Origin: Patescibacteria group bacterium
Lineage (GTDB): Bacteria > Patescibacteriota > Minisyncoccia > UBA6257 > UBA9933
Assembly: GCA_038065955.1 (NCBI GenBank)
Contig: JBBTPY010000001.1
Coordinates: 1,890-65,889 of the forward strand
Length of the DNA: 64,000 bases
Direction of reading: 5' to 3'
Shown here: positions 9,939 to 19,762 of the stretch, piece by piece
Position numbering within the stretch: position 1 is the first letter of the stretch
Layout: each line of letters starts with the position of its first letter
Notes under the pieces: model-generated
What the model was told of the DNA's origin: nothing
What the model saw: only the letters and a program-made list of their open reading frames with translations
The model's database searches: none
Translations under genes and position numbers: made by a program

Positions 9939-11435
9939 TTAGCCGTTCGGCTGTTGATGATATTCAATAGCCTTTTTGAATAAATTAACGTATTCGTAAG
10001 CCGATTTAACCCATGAAAAATCGGTTTTCATTGCCCGCTTTTGAATATTGCGCCAGAATTTCGGATATTGATAAGTTTCAATCGCCCTTACCATTGCGCC
10101 ATAAAAAGCGCGGTTATCAAATTTTTCAAAAATAAAACCTGTGCCTTCTTGCGTCCGAGGATTATAATTTATTACGCTATCGGCCAACCCTCCGGTTTTT
10201 CTGACAATCGGAACGGCGCCATAACGCATCGCCTCCATTTGCGCTAAACCGCAAGGTTCAAAACGCGAAGGAATGATAATCGCGTCGGAACCCGCATAAA
10301 CCATGTGAGATAAAACCTCGTCATAATTTAAATCAATACCGACTTTTTTAGGATATTTCTTAGCGAGTTCCTGAAAAAAATTCATAAAATAGCCGTCTCC
10401 AGAACCGCTAACTACCAACTGAATGTCAAAATTTTCAAGTAATGATTCGCTGGCATCAATAAACAAACCTATTCCTTTTTGGTCGGTCAGCCGCGAAACA
10501 ATGCCGAAAAGAATAGTATTTTCGGAAACCGGCAAATTAAATTTACGCTGAAGAACGGCTTTATTTTTTAATTTTAAATCAAGATTTTTCTGACCGTAAT
10601 GAAATTCAATATGAGAATCTGTTTCGGGATTATAAATGTCGGCGTCAATGCCGTTTAAAATTCCGAAAAGTCTTGAACGCCTTTCGCTTAAAAGATCATT
10701 TAATCCTTCTCCATATTCGGGAGTGGTAATTTCTTGAGCGTAAGTCGGAGAAACGGTATTAACAATATCCGCATGCATAATGCCTCTCCTCATAAAATTA
10801 AGTTTTAAAAGTCTCGGGTCGTTAAAAGCCGGTATTGCTTCTCTTCCGGAATCATAATCCATTTCAGACACAAAATGATAGTCAAACATCGATTGAAAAA
10901 AAAGATTATGAATAGAAAAAGCAATGGCAACGGAAGAAAGTTTAGGGTCCCCTTTATAAATAGTGTGAAAATAATTAGGAATAAGACCGGATTGCCAATC
11001 GGCGGCGATAATCACATCCGGCCGCCAAGATGAATGTCTTAAAAATTCAAGAACCGCCCTCGAAAGAAGCGCCCATCTTATCGCATCATCGGCGTAACCG
11101 TAAACATTCGCCCGCTTTTCGTAATACTCAAGATTTTCAAGAAAATACGCTATTGTTTCGCCGGAATCATTGTCATATTTTAAAACATTGGAAACAAAAA
11201 GACCGTGAGGGTCTTCTTCTTCGGAAGACGCCGGCTTTAAACCTTCAAGTTCTAAACGCAAAGGATATTTTTCAGTATCAATAATAGCGTATTTAGGAAG
11301 AAAAATACGGGCATCGTGGCCTAATACCCGAAGAGCGCTTGGCAAAGAACGCATTACTTCTCCCAATCCGCCGACTTTAATAAACGGCGCCGCTTCAGAA
11401 GCGACAAAAAGAAGCTTAAGTTTTGATTCTTTCAT
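9939..11435 (-). CDS. glgA: Glycogen synthase
   Basis: 'SEAAPFIKVGGLG', 'NTVSPTYAQEI', 'SRLTDQKG', 'PSRFEPCGL', 'TGGLAD'. Confidence 0.95.
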   Translation of the reverse strand: MKESKLKLLFVASEAAPFIKVGGLGEVMRSLPSALRVLGHDARIFLPKYAIIDTEKYPLRLELEGLKPASSEEEDPHGLFVSNVLKYDNDSGETIAYFLENLEYYEKRANVYGYADDAIRWALLSRAVLEFLRHSSWRPDVIIAADWQSGLIPNYFHTIYKGDPKLSSVAIAFSIHNLFFQSMFDYHFVSEMDYDSGREAIPAFNDPRLLKLNFMRRGIMHADIVNTVSPTYAQEITTPEYGEGLNDLLSERRSRLFGILNGIDADIYNPETDSHIEFHYGQKNLDLKLKNKAVLQRKFNLPVSENTILFGIVSRLTDQKGIGLFIDASESLLENFDIQLVVSGSGDGYFMNFFQELAKKYPKKVGIDLNYDEVLSHMVYAGSDAIIIPSRFEPCGLAQMEAMRYGAVPIVRKTGGLADSVINYNPRTQEGTGFIFEKFDNRAFYGAMVRAIETYQYPKFWRNIQKRAMKTDFSWVKSAYEYVNLFKKAIEYHQQPNG

Positions 11436-11556
11436 AAATGTATTATTAAAATTATAATCTATTTTAGAGCTTTTTCAAATATCACTTCAATATTTTTTCC
11501 GTTCCCTTAGCTAAAATTTTTGCCTTTAACTAATAATCTAATATGGCGGTTTTATT

Positions 11557-12330
11557 TTATATCATCAATAAAAAGAAAAATAAAACGGCGAGAATAATTC
11601 TATAAACGCCAAAACCGGCAAAAGATTTTTTTCCGATATAATTGAGCAGAAATTTTATTCCCAACATCGCAAAAATAAAAGACGCCAAAAATCCGACCAT
11701 TAATGTATCAAATTGATTTGTAGAAAATTCCGAAAAGTTTTTTAAAAAATCATAACCGGCCGCCGCCGCCATTGTCGGCGCCGCCAATAAAAACGAAAAT
11801 TCCACTATAGTTTTTCTTTCTATTCCTAAAAGCAAACCGCCTATAATCGTAGCCGCCGCCCGCGAAACGCCGGGAATAACCGCCAAAGATTGCGCCAGAC
11901 CGATTAAAAAAGCTTTTTTATAAGAAATTATTTCCGAGGCGTTTTTTGACATCGGACTTTTTTTATAAAAAACTTCAAAAACAATTAAAAATGCGCCGCC
12001 GATAAAAAGAGAAGCCAATATCAGTGGAATATATACGAGAAAAAATCCCTTGATTATTTTATAAAGCCCGAAGCCGATAATCGCGGTCGGGATAAAAGCG
12101 ACAATAATTCGCTTGACCGTCTCCCAATCTTTTAAAAATGTTCGCCAATATAACGCAACCACCGCCAAAATTGCCCCAAATTGAATGACAATAGTAAAAG
12201 TCTTTAAAAATTCCGATTCGGCCAATCCCAATATTCTGGAAGTTAAAATAATATGAGCGGTTGAAGAAATAGGCAAAAATTCGGTAAACCCCTCAACTGC
12301 GCCCAATATGATTGAATGTAAAAAATTCAT
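11557..12330 (-). CDS. uppP: Undecaprenyl-diphosphatase
   Basis: 'GAVEGFTEFLPISSTAH', 'PGVSRAAATI', 'EFSFLLA'. Confidence 0.95.
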   Translation of the reverse strand: MNFLHSIILGAVEGFTEFLPISSTAHIILTSRILGLAESEFLKTFTIVIQFGAILAVVALYWRTFLKDWETVKRIIVAFIPTAIIGFGLYKIIKGFFLVYIPLILASLFIGGAFLIVFEVFYKKSPMSKNASEIISYKKAFLIGLAQSLAVIPGVSRAAATIIGGLLLGIERKTIVEFSFLLAAPTMAAAAGYDFLKNFSEFSTNQFDTLMVGFLASFIFAMLGIKFLLNYIGKKSFAGFGVYRIILAVLFFFLLMI

Positions 12331-12419
12331 TATTTATATTGTAATCCGGATATTAATAAAATACTAACGGCTTCTTTATTAATTTTAAATTATGGCTTAA
12401 TTATGGCTGTTTTTCAAAC

Positions 12420-12450
12420 AAAAAAACAGAGGTTTTGTCTCTGTTTTTTG
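12420..12450 (-). terminator. Intrinsic terminator-like hairpin
   Basis: aaaaaacagag-gtttt-gtctctgtttttt downstream of the Cys-rich gene. Confidence 0.6.
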
Positions 12451-12457
12451 TTGGCTC

Positions 12458-12479
12458 GCCCTGAGCTTGTCGAATGGGC
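12458..12479. repeat. CCTGAGCTTGTCGAAGG-family palindrome, intergenic copy
   Basis: gccctgagcttgtcgaatgggc; same core as copies at about 20925, 21040, 22280, 23520. Confidence 0.8.
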
Positions 12480-12526
12480 TCCGCGCGCTTTTAATGAGTT
12501 CTTTGGCGTGAGGGTAAACTTTAACT

Positions 12527-14194
12527 TTAAAAATTAAATAATATATTTAAGATTAAACCGAACAACAATTCCGGACTAATGAGAGTACTGGGAGGCGGCA
12601 TTACGCCTTCCGGCGGCATCATACCATTAGGGGCTGTTCCTTCCGGAAATTCTTGACCTTCAATTGAACTGGGAATCTGCGGACCCATTGGGATTGTCGG
12701 CGCCGAATAAAAACGCTGGCATTCTTCAAGATGAAACTGGCAATAAGATTGGCATTCTTCTTTTGTTAAACAACCGCCCGGCCCTTCGGGCATCCTTTCT
12801 GGTATTCCTATAGACGCGTCTCCTCTCATATCCCTGGTTGGAACTTGAAAATTTTTACATTCTTCCGGATTCGTTTCGCAATATGTTTTACATTCTTCCG
12901 AAGTTTTACAACCGCCGGGCCCGGTCATTTCCATCGGCATTTGGCCATTGGATTTAATCGGAGGGCCTATAAATTTCGGACCACCGGCCGGACCCATATT
13001 TTTTTCAAAACACTCTCTCATTTTATCGCCGATTTCCCGTCCCGGCATAACAGCTCCGCTTTGAAATTTTTCCATTTGTTCCGCCCCCATCGCGGCGCCA
13101 AGACATTCTTTCACTTCCGGCGGCGCTTGATTTAACGATTCTTGAAATTTCTGTCTGCCTTCTTCCATTTGGCGCAAATCCGCTTCCGGAATTAAACCAT
13201 GCTCTTTGCCGAAATTAAAACAAGTTTCCTGATTATCCGGATTATTGCAAAATGCCTCGCATTCGTTTCTACCTTTGCATCCGCTCGGACCTTTTCCGCC
13301 GGTTTTTCTCGCCATCGCCGCTTCTTCGGCGCTCATAAAACCGGCCGCCTCGGCAAATTTCATACATTCTTCAAGATGACTTTCTTCTGAACAATAAACA
13401 TCGCATTCTTCTCTGCCCCTGCAAGGCGGCGGTTTAACGCCTTTTTTAAGGGCCTGCAGCATTTTTTGACCATCCTCTTTTTCCCGCTCGTCCATAAAAC
13501 CCGCTTCAATGGCAAAATTTATACACGCTTCCATATTATCGGGATTGCCGCAGTATTCATCGCAATCTTTTTTGCCACTGCACGGAGGAGGTCTTATTCC
13601 TCTTTTAATTGCCATCAACATTTTTTGAGCGTCTTCAAATTCTTTGCCCTGAATAAAGCCTGCTTCCATACCGAAAGCTATACATTCTTCCATGTGATCC
13701 GGCTCGCCGCAATAAACATCGCATTGTTTTTTATTGCCGCAAGGAGGCGGTTTAACTCCTCTTTTAATGGCGGCCTGAACTTTTTTGGCTTCGGCCAATT
13801 CATCCGGCGGTATTAAATTATTTTTCTCGGCGAAAGAAATACATTCATCTATATGAGATATGTTATTGCAATATTCTTCGCAATTATCTTTACCCGTACA
13901 GCCGCCCGGTCCCTTGGCTCCGGCCGCTATAAATTTTTTCGCCCGCTCAATTTCTTCTTCGTCCATTAAATTATTCTTTTCGGCAAAATTTATACAGGCC
14001 TTAATATTCTCCGACTTGTCGCAATAAGCCCGACAATCGGCTTCATTCCGACAATTACCCAATTCTTTGACCGGATATTGAATATCCGGCTCCGTTTGAG
14101 CCGATATTTGAGCCAATGTCTGGCCAATTAAAACGCCAAAAATCGCGATTCCAAAACTTAAAACAATAAAACTAAGAAAATATTTTGTGTTCAT
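12527..14194 (-). CDS. Secreted cysteine-rich repeat protein
   Basis: Signal peptide; six ~53-aa repeats C-x5-C-x3-C-x8-C-xxF plus two shorter GPGGC repeats. Confidence 0.85.
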   Translation of the reverse strand: MNTKYFLSFIVLSFGIAIFGVLIGQTLAQISAQTEPDIQYPVKELGNCRNEADCRAYCDKSENIKACINFAEKNNLMDEEEIERAKKFIAAGAKGPGGCTGKDNCEEYCNNISHIDECISFAEKNNLIPPDELAEAKKVQAAIKRGVKPPPCGNKKQCDVYCGEPDHMEECIAFGMEAGFIQGKEFEDAQKMLMAIKRGIRPPPCSGKKDCDEYCGNPDNMEACINFAIEAGFMDEREKEDGQKMLQALKKGVKPPPCRGREECDVYCSEESHLEECMKFAEAAGFMSAEEAAMARKTGGKGPSGCKGRNECEAFCNNPDNQETCFNFGKEHGLIPEADLRQMEEGRQKFQESLNQAPPEVKECLGAAMGAEQMEKFQSGAVMPGREIGDKMRECFEKNMGPAGGPKFIGPPIKSNGQMPMEMTGPGGCKTSEECKTYCETNPEECKNFQVPTRDMRGDASIGIPERMPEGPGGCLTKEECQSYCQFHLEECQRFYSAPTIPMGPQIPSSIEGQEFPEGTAPNGMMPPEGVMPPPSTLISPELLFGLILNILFNF

Positions 14195-14201
14195 TTTGTT
14201 T

Positions 14202-14486
14202 TTATTTAAATGGATTGGTTTTAATATCCTTAAAAGGATTAGCTTGGCTGGCAGGATTAATGTCCGGCGCTTCTTCTAAAGGATTTTTATTAATATCCAA
14301 AGACGGCAAAGCGCTTTTGGCGGCGCTTTCGGTTATTTTCTCGGCCGCTTCGCCGGCTTCTCCAATCGCCTGCTCTTCGGGCGTTAATTTCGGCGCTTTG
14401 AATTTTTGCCAGTAAAAATAACCGGCTATGCTTAATACAATCAACGCAACAATCGCTATTGTTATAATAAGTATTTTTTTATTCAT
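14202..14486 (-). CDS. Hypothetical membrane-anchored protein
   Basis: N-terminal TM; repeated NP/NPF motifs in tail. Confidence 0.75.
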   Translation of the reverse strand: MNKKILIITIAIVALIVLSIAGYFYWQKFKAPKLTPEEQAIGEAGEAAEKITESAAKSALPSLDINKNPLEEAPDINPASQANPFKDIKTNPFK

Positions 14487-14701
14487 CTTTAATTTTTATT
14501 ATATCAAATTAATCAATAAATAAATACTTCACCTGTGGATAACTTTTCAAAAGTTAAAATATGGCGGTTTTATTTATTTAAAAAACTGCGGTATACTTTT
14601 AACAGCAAATTGACGCTTTTAGTTCTTTAACAAAAGGGGCTTTGATAATCATTGCCTTAATAATAATGATTTAAAGGTCGAAAGTAAGCTTATTATTGAT
14701 T

Positions 14702-15433
14702 ATGAAAAACATTATTATTCTCTTTGTGTTTGTAATGAGTTTTAGTTTCGCGATTTTACCGGCTTTTGCCGACGTGGCGGAAACACTCACCGCTATCAGT
14801 CCCGAAAAAACAAAAATACTCAATGAAAAACTGAATGTTTTGAAAAATACCCTGGTTGAAATGCAAAAACAGGCGGCGGCCAAAGCGGCTTCGGAGGCGC
14901 CGGCGCCTATAGTAATTGAGATATCAACCGGCAAAGAAATAAAACCGCTTAGCGCTCAAGAAATTGAAGCTCTTGGAAAAACTCTTCAAGTTCTTCAATT
15001 AACGCTTATTGATTTGCAATCGCGCTTGAAAATCTCGGAAAATTCCGTGGATAAAACCGCGGTTGTTTCCAGTTTGAAAAAAATCACCGAAAACCTTGCC
15101 GTTGTCAGTCAAACCATTGGAACGCGCCTGCCTCAAACTCTGGCTGCTTTTAATAAAACCAAAACCGCGCCGCGAATTTCGGCCGCGACGGTAGAAAAAG
15201 AAATTTCGGAAGAAACCGCTGTCGTGAAAAGCGATGATTCTTCGGAAATTTTTACCGCAGAAACAGCCGCTTCGCCGACGTCAAATAAATCGGCGACGCT
15301 GGTTTCAACCGTAAAAAACATTCCCTGGCAGCTTATCGTATTTTTTATGGCAGTAGTCGCGATTGCTTCAATACCGATGTTTAAAAAATATATCTGGAAA
15401 GAAAACGACAAATCCTCTTTAGTAAAGCAATAA
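14702..15433 (+). CDS. Exported protein with C-terminal TM
   Basis: Signal peptide, coiled-coil, C-terminal hydrophobic helix. Confidence 0.7.
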   Translation: MKNIIILFVFVMSFSFAILPAFADVAETLTAISPEKTKILNEKLNVLKNTLVEMQKQAAAKAASEAPAPIVIEISTGKEIKPLSAQEIEALGKTLQVLQLTLIDLQSRLKISENSVDKTAVVSSLKKITENLAVVSQTIGTRLPQTLAAFNKTKTAPRISAATVEKEISEETAVVKSDDSSEIFTAETAASPTSNKSATLVSTVKNIPWQLIVFFMAVVAIASIPMFKKYIWKENDKSSLVKQ

Positions 15434-15450
15434 ATCAGGCGAAACAATAA

Positions 15451-15484
15451 AAAGAAAATCCGCTCAAAAGAGCGGATTTTCTTT
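15451..15484. terminator. Bidirectional intrinsic terminator
   Basis: aaagaaaatccgctc-aaaa-gagcggattttcttt between convergent genes. Confidence 0.8.
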
Positions 15485-15878
15485 ACGTGATTTTGCCGTC
15501 AAAGTGTTCGTCGTCCGCCATCGCCTGCTCTTTAGTTTGGTGAATCACGCCGTCGCGATGATGCGGAGGAGAATAAATAGTATAGAGTTTAAGCGCTTCG
15601 GTTTCTGAAGTGTTAATGCAGTTATGTTTGGCGCCGGCCGGCACAACCACCGCGAAGCCGTCGGAAACATCGTATTCATTGTCGTCAATTACGATTTTCC
15701 CCGTCCCCTTTTCAAATCTAAAAAACTGGTCATTATCTTCGTGAACCTCTTCGCCGATTTCTTCTTTCGGTTTCAAAGACATTAAAACCAGCTGGTTGTT
15801 TTTGGCGGTATACAAAACTTTTCGGAAATTTTCATTTTCCTCGGTTTCTTTTTCAATATTTATAACGTACCCTTTCAT
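15483..15878 (-). CDS. Cupin domain protein
   Basis: 'EEIGEEVH..DQFFRFEKG', 'VPAGAKHN', 'LYTIYSPPHH'. Confidence 0.9.
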   Translation of the reverse strand: MKGYVINIEKETEENENFRKVLYTAKNNQLVLMSLKPKEEIGEEVHEDNDQFFRFEKGTGKIVIDDNEYDVSDGFAVVVPAGAKHNCINTSETEALKLYTIYSPPHHRDGVIHQTKEQAMADDEHFDGKIT

Positions 15879-15911
15879 AATTTTATAATCTTAAATATCC
15901 CCCGACCTTTC

Positions 15912-16148
15912 TTATATTATACGGCCGCGAAAATTTATTTCAATTATTTTGTTTTTGCCGTTTTTGCCGGAAATAAAGAGAATTTGCGACTTGGAAACGC
16001 CAAAATGTTTCGCCAAAACTCGCGCAATTGCCGCGTTCGCTTTTCCGTCTTTCGACGGCTCTTTTATGAACACCGCAAAACGCGAATCACTGGTTTGCTC
16101 AATTCTTTCCTCTTTTGCGTTTGGCTTGGCTTTCACGAATATTTTCAT
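15912..16148 (-). CDS. DUF167/UPF0235 (YggU-like) protein
   Basis: 'KAKPNAKE', 'EPSKDGKANAAI...LAKHFGV', 'SGKNGKNK'. Confidence 0.85.
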   Translation of the reverse strand: MKIFVKAKPNAKEERIEQTSDSRFAVFIKEPSKDGKANAAIARVLAKHFGVSKSQILFISGKNGKNKIIEINFRGRII

Positions 16149-16288
16149 GAATTTATTTTATTTTTTCTTTTTGTCGCGGAATTTATGATTGACATTTGTT
16201 ATATAATTTGTTTTTTTTATAAAATCGAAAAGATAGTTTTTGACTGAATAACGTTTTTTGCAACTTAATAAATAAAAGGGGTGATAAA

Positions 16289-16596
16289 ATGGATAGTTTT
16301 TATGAATTATTAAAGATTCTTAATAAAAAAGAAGGGAAGCTGAAGAAGAAATATCGGCATTGGACAAAAGAATAGAAAAAATAAAACAGGCGGGTTTTTG
16401 GAAAAGATTATATTTTAATCTTAATTATCTAAAAAAAGAAAAGAGACGGGTTAGAAATATGGCACTCGCTTGTTGTCCATTTAGCGTCGGTAATAGCAAA
16501 GAAGACAAAATAAACACTTCCTATCCGCGGTTAATTCTTAAGGGTTATATGATAAAACATAAACTTACGTTATCATACAACCCTTTTATTTTTTAA
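16289..16596 (+). pseudogene. Probable frameshifted hypothetical gene
   Basis: SD (AAGGGGTG) + ATG at 16289 opens MDSFYELLKILNKKEGKL; continuation EEEISALDKRIEK... lies in another frame (ORF 16360-16596). Confidence 0.45.
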
Positions 16597-16599
16597 AAA

Positions 16600-16787
16600 A
16601 AATCTAAAATCAATATCCGAACGCATTTCCGACAAGCCCCCGACAAATGCCGCCCCGCCGTTGGCTGACGGATTGATTTTTACATAAACGCCATTCCCTT
16701 AAGCGCTTCTTTAAAAAGACCTTTCAAATCGCCGGCTTTTACCAACATCCTAATATCGGCCGTATATTTTAAAAATTCAAAAGACAT
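16600..16787 (-). pseudogene. Archease pseudogene
   Basis: ATG 16787: MSFEFLKYTADIRMLVKAGDLKGLFKEALKGMAFM* (stop 16680-16682) matches the archease N-terminal '(H)TAD...LF.EA' pattern; hairpin ccgccgttggctgacgg just past the stop. Confidence 0.7.
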
Positions 16788-16830
16788 TTCGTAATTCAAT
16801 ATAATTATATTCAAAAATAATTATATCATA

Positions 16831-16874
16831 TCAATTTCGGTTATTTCAACGATCGTTGAAATAACCGAAATTGA
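16831..16874. repeat. 44-bp perfect palindrome, MITE-like family (copy 2 of 4)
   Basis: tcaatttcggttatttcaacgatcgttgaaataaccgaaattga, with tail to about 16950 shared with copy 4. Confidence 0.92.
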
Positions 16875-17051
16875 CTGAAACATTAATTGACTAAAACATT
16901 AAAAACATTAAATGTTCTTCTGTAAAATTGTCTGTAAAATTAATAAATGATTGTACTGTTTTAAAAACCGAATCTTACAAAACCGCTCTCTTGAATTTTT
17001 AACAATTTTGAATATCCCCTTACGAGTCCGCTTTTTATTTAATTTACTCAA

Positions 17052-17111
17052 TCAACTTTTTTCACCGCCGTAAAAAAGATTGGAAGCGTCAATAAAAGCG
17101 AATGTTTTCAT
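17052..17111 (-). pseudogene. NYN (LabA/DUF88) domain gene remnant, first 19 codons only
   Basis: MKTFAFIDASNLFYGGEKS*; the 'FIDxxN' motif is the NYN/PIN N-terminus. Confidence 0.65.
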
Positions 17112-17209
17112 AAATTTATTTTATCGCTATCTAAATTAAAAACAAAAAGCGCCGTTTTTGACGACGCTTTTCTTATTTAGGCTCGAAATTATGGACAATG
17201 TTAAAACTA

Positions 17210-18358
17210 TTAATATCTCTCCTCTTCCGCTTCCTTCTGTTCTTCTTGCGATTTCTCTAATATCTCTTTCTCTATTTGAATGTCTTGCTCAAGAAATTTT
17301 TTCTTTATCTCATACTCTTCCTTACTCGAGCTGTTTTTTAATTGTTCAATGTCTTTCTTCGTCTGTTCGGCCTTATTTTCAAAATCTTCATTTTCTATTT
17401 GAAGTAAGTTTTCAAGTTGTTTCTTTTCATATTTATCATATTTATCCATGTCTTCATCATCTTCCTCAAATTTATTCATGTCTTCATCATCTTCCTCAAA
17501 TTCCTCTATGACATCTTCAATTTTTTCAATGGCATCTTCTGCCTGTTCGGCAAAACGCTCTGCTTCCTGATAGTTGCCTGCTTGATACACGCTTTCGGCT
17601 TTAGCGAGAAGTTGGTCAAATGCGGTAAAGACGTTTGCGGGAAGCGCTACTCCTTCCCCTGTGGCTTCCTCAATTATTTCTGCCTTTTCTTCTTTGGCTT
17701 CTCGTATATCTTCCTCAGCTTCTTCATGGACGTCCATCTCATCCTCTAATTTTTCTTCTTCATCATCCAAATCGTCTTCCAGTTCTTCTTTTTTGAGTTC
17801 AAGAAGATCCAGTTGCGCTTTTACCTGTCCGAGTTCTTGGGCGAGAGCTTCCGCTTTAGCAGTATCGCCAGCGCGGTAAGCGGCTTTCATCTGATCTTTA
17901 AGTTTATCTTCTTTCGCTTCTAATGCCTTTTTCTGGGCCTTGAAACTATCAACAAGGGTGGATTTCGGTTTTTCAAAGTCATCGTTTAGCTCTTTAGCGA
18001 GCTGAGAGACATCTTTACCTTTGCCCTTTTGTTTGACAACGATTTCCGCCGCGTCGCCGATATGTTCTCGCAATCGCGCTTCGGCAACTTCCAGTCCTTT
18101 TGCGTCTACGCCTTTTGTTTCCAAGATAATTTTAATTTCAGCAACCCGCTCTGCGGCAAAGACAACTTGAAGGCGAGCTTTGCCTTCTGGACTAAAAGTA
18201 AAGAACTCTCGCAATGCCTCGCCCAATTTATCAAAAAAATAAAAGGGGCTTTCGGGCGTAAGGCCTGCGTTGGGCAATGTCGTTCCATTTTGAGCGTAGA
18301 CAACGCCGCCACCGAAAAGCATCACTGCAACCGCTAAATAAAAAAATGTGTTTTTCAT
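17210..18358 (-). CDS. DUF5667-like exported protein with acidic coiled-coil tail
   Basis: 'AGLTPESPFYFFDKLGE...FTF...KA...AAERVAE'; 30-bp tandem duplication at 17441-17500 (FEEDDEDMxK twice). Confidence 0.8.
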   Translation of the reverse strand: MKNTFFYLAVAVMLFGGGVVYAQNGTTLPNAGLTPESPFYFFDKLGEALREFFTFSPEGKARLQVVFAAERVAEIKIILETKGVDAKGLEVAEARLREHIGDAAEIVVKQKGKGKDVSQLAKELNDDFEKPKSTLVDSFKAQKKALEAKEDKLKDQMKAAYRAGDTAKAEALAQELGQVKAQLDLLELKKEELEDDLDDEEEKLEDEMDVHEEAEEDIREAKEEKAEIIEEATGEGVALPANVFTAFDQLLAKAESVYQAGNYQEAERFAEQAEDAIEKIEDVIEEFEEDDEDMNKFEEDDEDMDKYDKYEKKQLENLLQIENEDFENKAEQTKKDIEQLKNSSSKEEYEIKKKFLEQDIQIEKEILEKSQEEQKEAEEERY

Positions 18359-18517
18359 ATTTTAATTATATTTATTATAGATTACTATTTTGAAAAAATA
18401 AAGCTTTCTTTGATTTTCATAAATTTATTTTAGTATAATCGCAAGTTTTAAAAAAGAAAAGTTCTTTGATGTTGTCGCAGGACTTTTATTTTGGATAAAA
18501 TATCAATATCAATATAT

Positions 18518-18874
18518 TTATCCAATCTTTTCTTTTAGAACATTGAGAAATTTTTCAAGTACGGCCTTGGCGAGTTCCCTGTCTTTGCCGACATTCGCTT
18601 CTTGCTCAACCCAATAACATTCTTCTTGTAATTCCGGCGTAAGGCCATCGTAATCATATTCATAAAGACTCTCAAGAAGTTTTTCAATGTCCGCGTCAAT
18701 TTCTTTGACTTTCTCGGGGGTGATATCGCCACTTTCCTCAAGGCCATACTCCTTTCTCCTCTGCCGCGTCATTTCCGCGGCTTTCTCGGGAGTTGTCGCT
18801 TTACGCTCATTTTCTTCCATAATTTCCTCCTTTGATTGTTTGGGCAATTCGCCCATTTGTTCCGGTGATTTCAT
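18518..18874 (-). CDS. Hypothetical acidic protein
   Basis: 118-aa ORF with MKSPEQ-type N-terminus, AT-rich leader. Confidence 0.7.
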   Translation of the reverse strand: MKSPEQMGELPKQSKEEIMEENERKATTPEKAAEMTRQRRKEYGLEESGDITPEKVKEIDADIEKLLESLYEYDYDGLTPELQEECYWVEQEANVGKDRELAKAVLEKFLNVLKEKIG

Positions 18875-18953
18875 AAAAAACTAATTGTAAATTAACATAA
18901 AAATTTTATTTTGTAAATAAGACGTTTAAAAAATATCGTTGATTTTTGTAAAT

Positions 18954-19095
18954 TTATTTCTCAATTATTTCTTCGACCTTTAATTTCGCTTTCTCTAATA
19001 ATTGTTTCGCTTTTTTGCTTTATGCTTTTAAAAATGCGGCTATTGATCGAAACTTCTTTAGAGTTCCAAAATTGTTTAGAAAATATTGCCTCGCT
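18954..19095 (-). pseudogene. Possible collapsed restriction-modification specificity (HsdS-like) remnant
   Basis: Minus-strand fragment SKKAKQLLEKAKLKVEEIIEK* resembles S-subunit C-termini; no start codon. Confidence 0.4.
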
Positions 19096-19533
19096 TCATC
19101 TTTTTTGTTCATTTTTTAAATTAAAAATCTTGGAATATTCTACACCATCAACGTTTTGACCACTCACATGAACTTCTACGTTGCCGTTATCGGAGTATAG
19201 AGGACATTCACAAGCTTTTTTTGTTTCGCCCTTTTTCAACGAGCCGGGCATATGAGATTTATCTCGAAGAGGATCATCTGTGGCATTTAGAAATTTAGTC
19301 AATGTTCTCGGCTCTTCTTTTCCGTCCCGCAACCATTTTATCGCTATTACAAGACGTAAAAGATCGCCGCCGTGATTCGTTATTTCAAAGAGATTAAATC
19401 GCTCTTGAAACGGGCCAATAGATACTATTGGTTTCTTATCGTCCTTGCGAAACTTTCGCGGTAAATATATGCCGGCAATAAATCCAATAATCAAGGAGGT
19501 GAGAGAAAATATAATTGTAATCAAAATATCCAT
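19096..19533 (-). CDS. Hypothetical protein with N-terminal TM
   Basis: 145-aa ORF, single TM then beta-rich soluble part. Confidence 0.7.
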   Translation of the reverse strand: MDILITIIFSLTSLIIGFIAGIYLPRKFRKDDKKPIVSIGPFQERFNLFEITNHGGDLLRLVIAIKWLRDGKEEPRTLTKFLNATDDPLRDKSHMPGSLKKGETKKACECPLYSDNGNVEVHVSGQNVDGVEYSKIFNLKNEQKR

Positions 19534-19539
19534 AAAAAT

Positions 19540-19758
19540 TTAATCGTTTACTTTTTTATCGTATATTTGTTTCATTTCTTCAATATATTTTTTCCTGGTA
19601 TATAAAAATCCAATAATAAAACCTACTCCCCCGGAAAATATTCTAAGTTTTGATAATCCTAATAGAGCAAGAAAGATGCCTGATATTATTCCTATTGTCG
19701 TCCAAAGCAAAAGAAATCTTCCCAATGCTTTCAAATATATTTTATTCTTCGCTTTCAT
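19540..19758 (-). CDS. Small two-TM hypothetical protein
   Basis: Two hydrophobic helices; ATG 19758 just after the upstream stop. Confidence 0.6.
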   Translation of the reverse strand: MKAKNKIYLKALGRFLLLWTTIGIISGIFLALLGLSKLRIFSGGVGFIIGFLYTRKKYIEEMKQIYDKKVND

Positions 19759-19762
19759 AATT

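Noticed and set aside
17417-18337. Antisense ORFs over the DUF5667-like gene, and similar short shadow ORFs elsewhere
   Set aside because: Low-complexity mirrors of confident genes, without motifs or start signals
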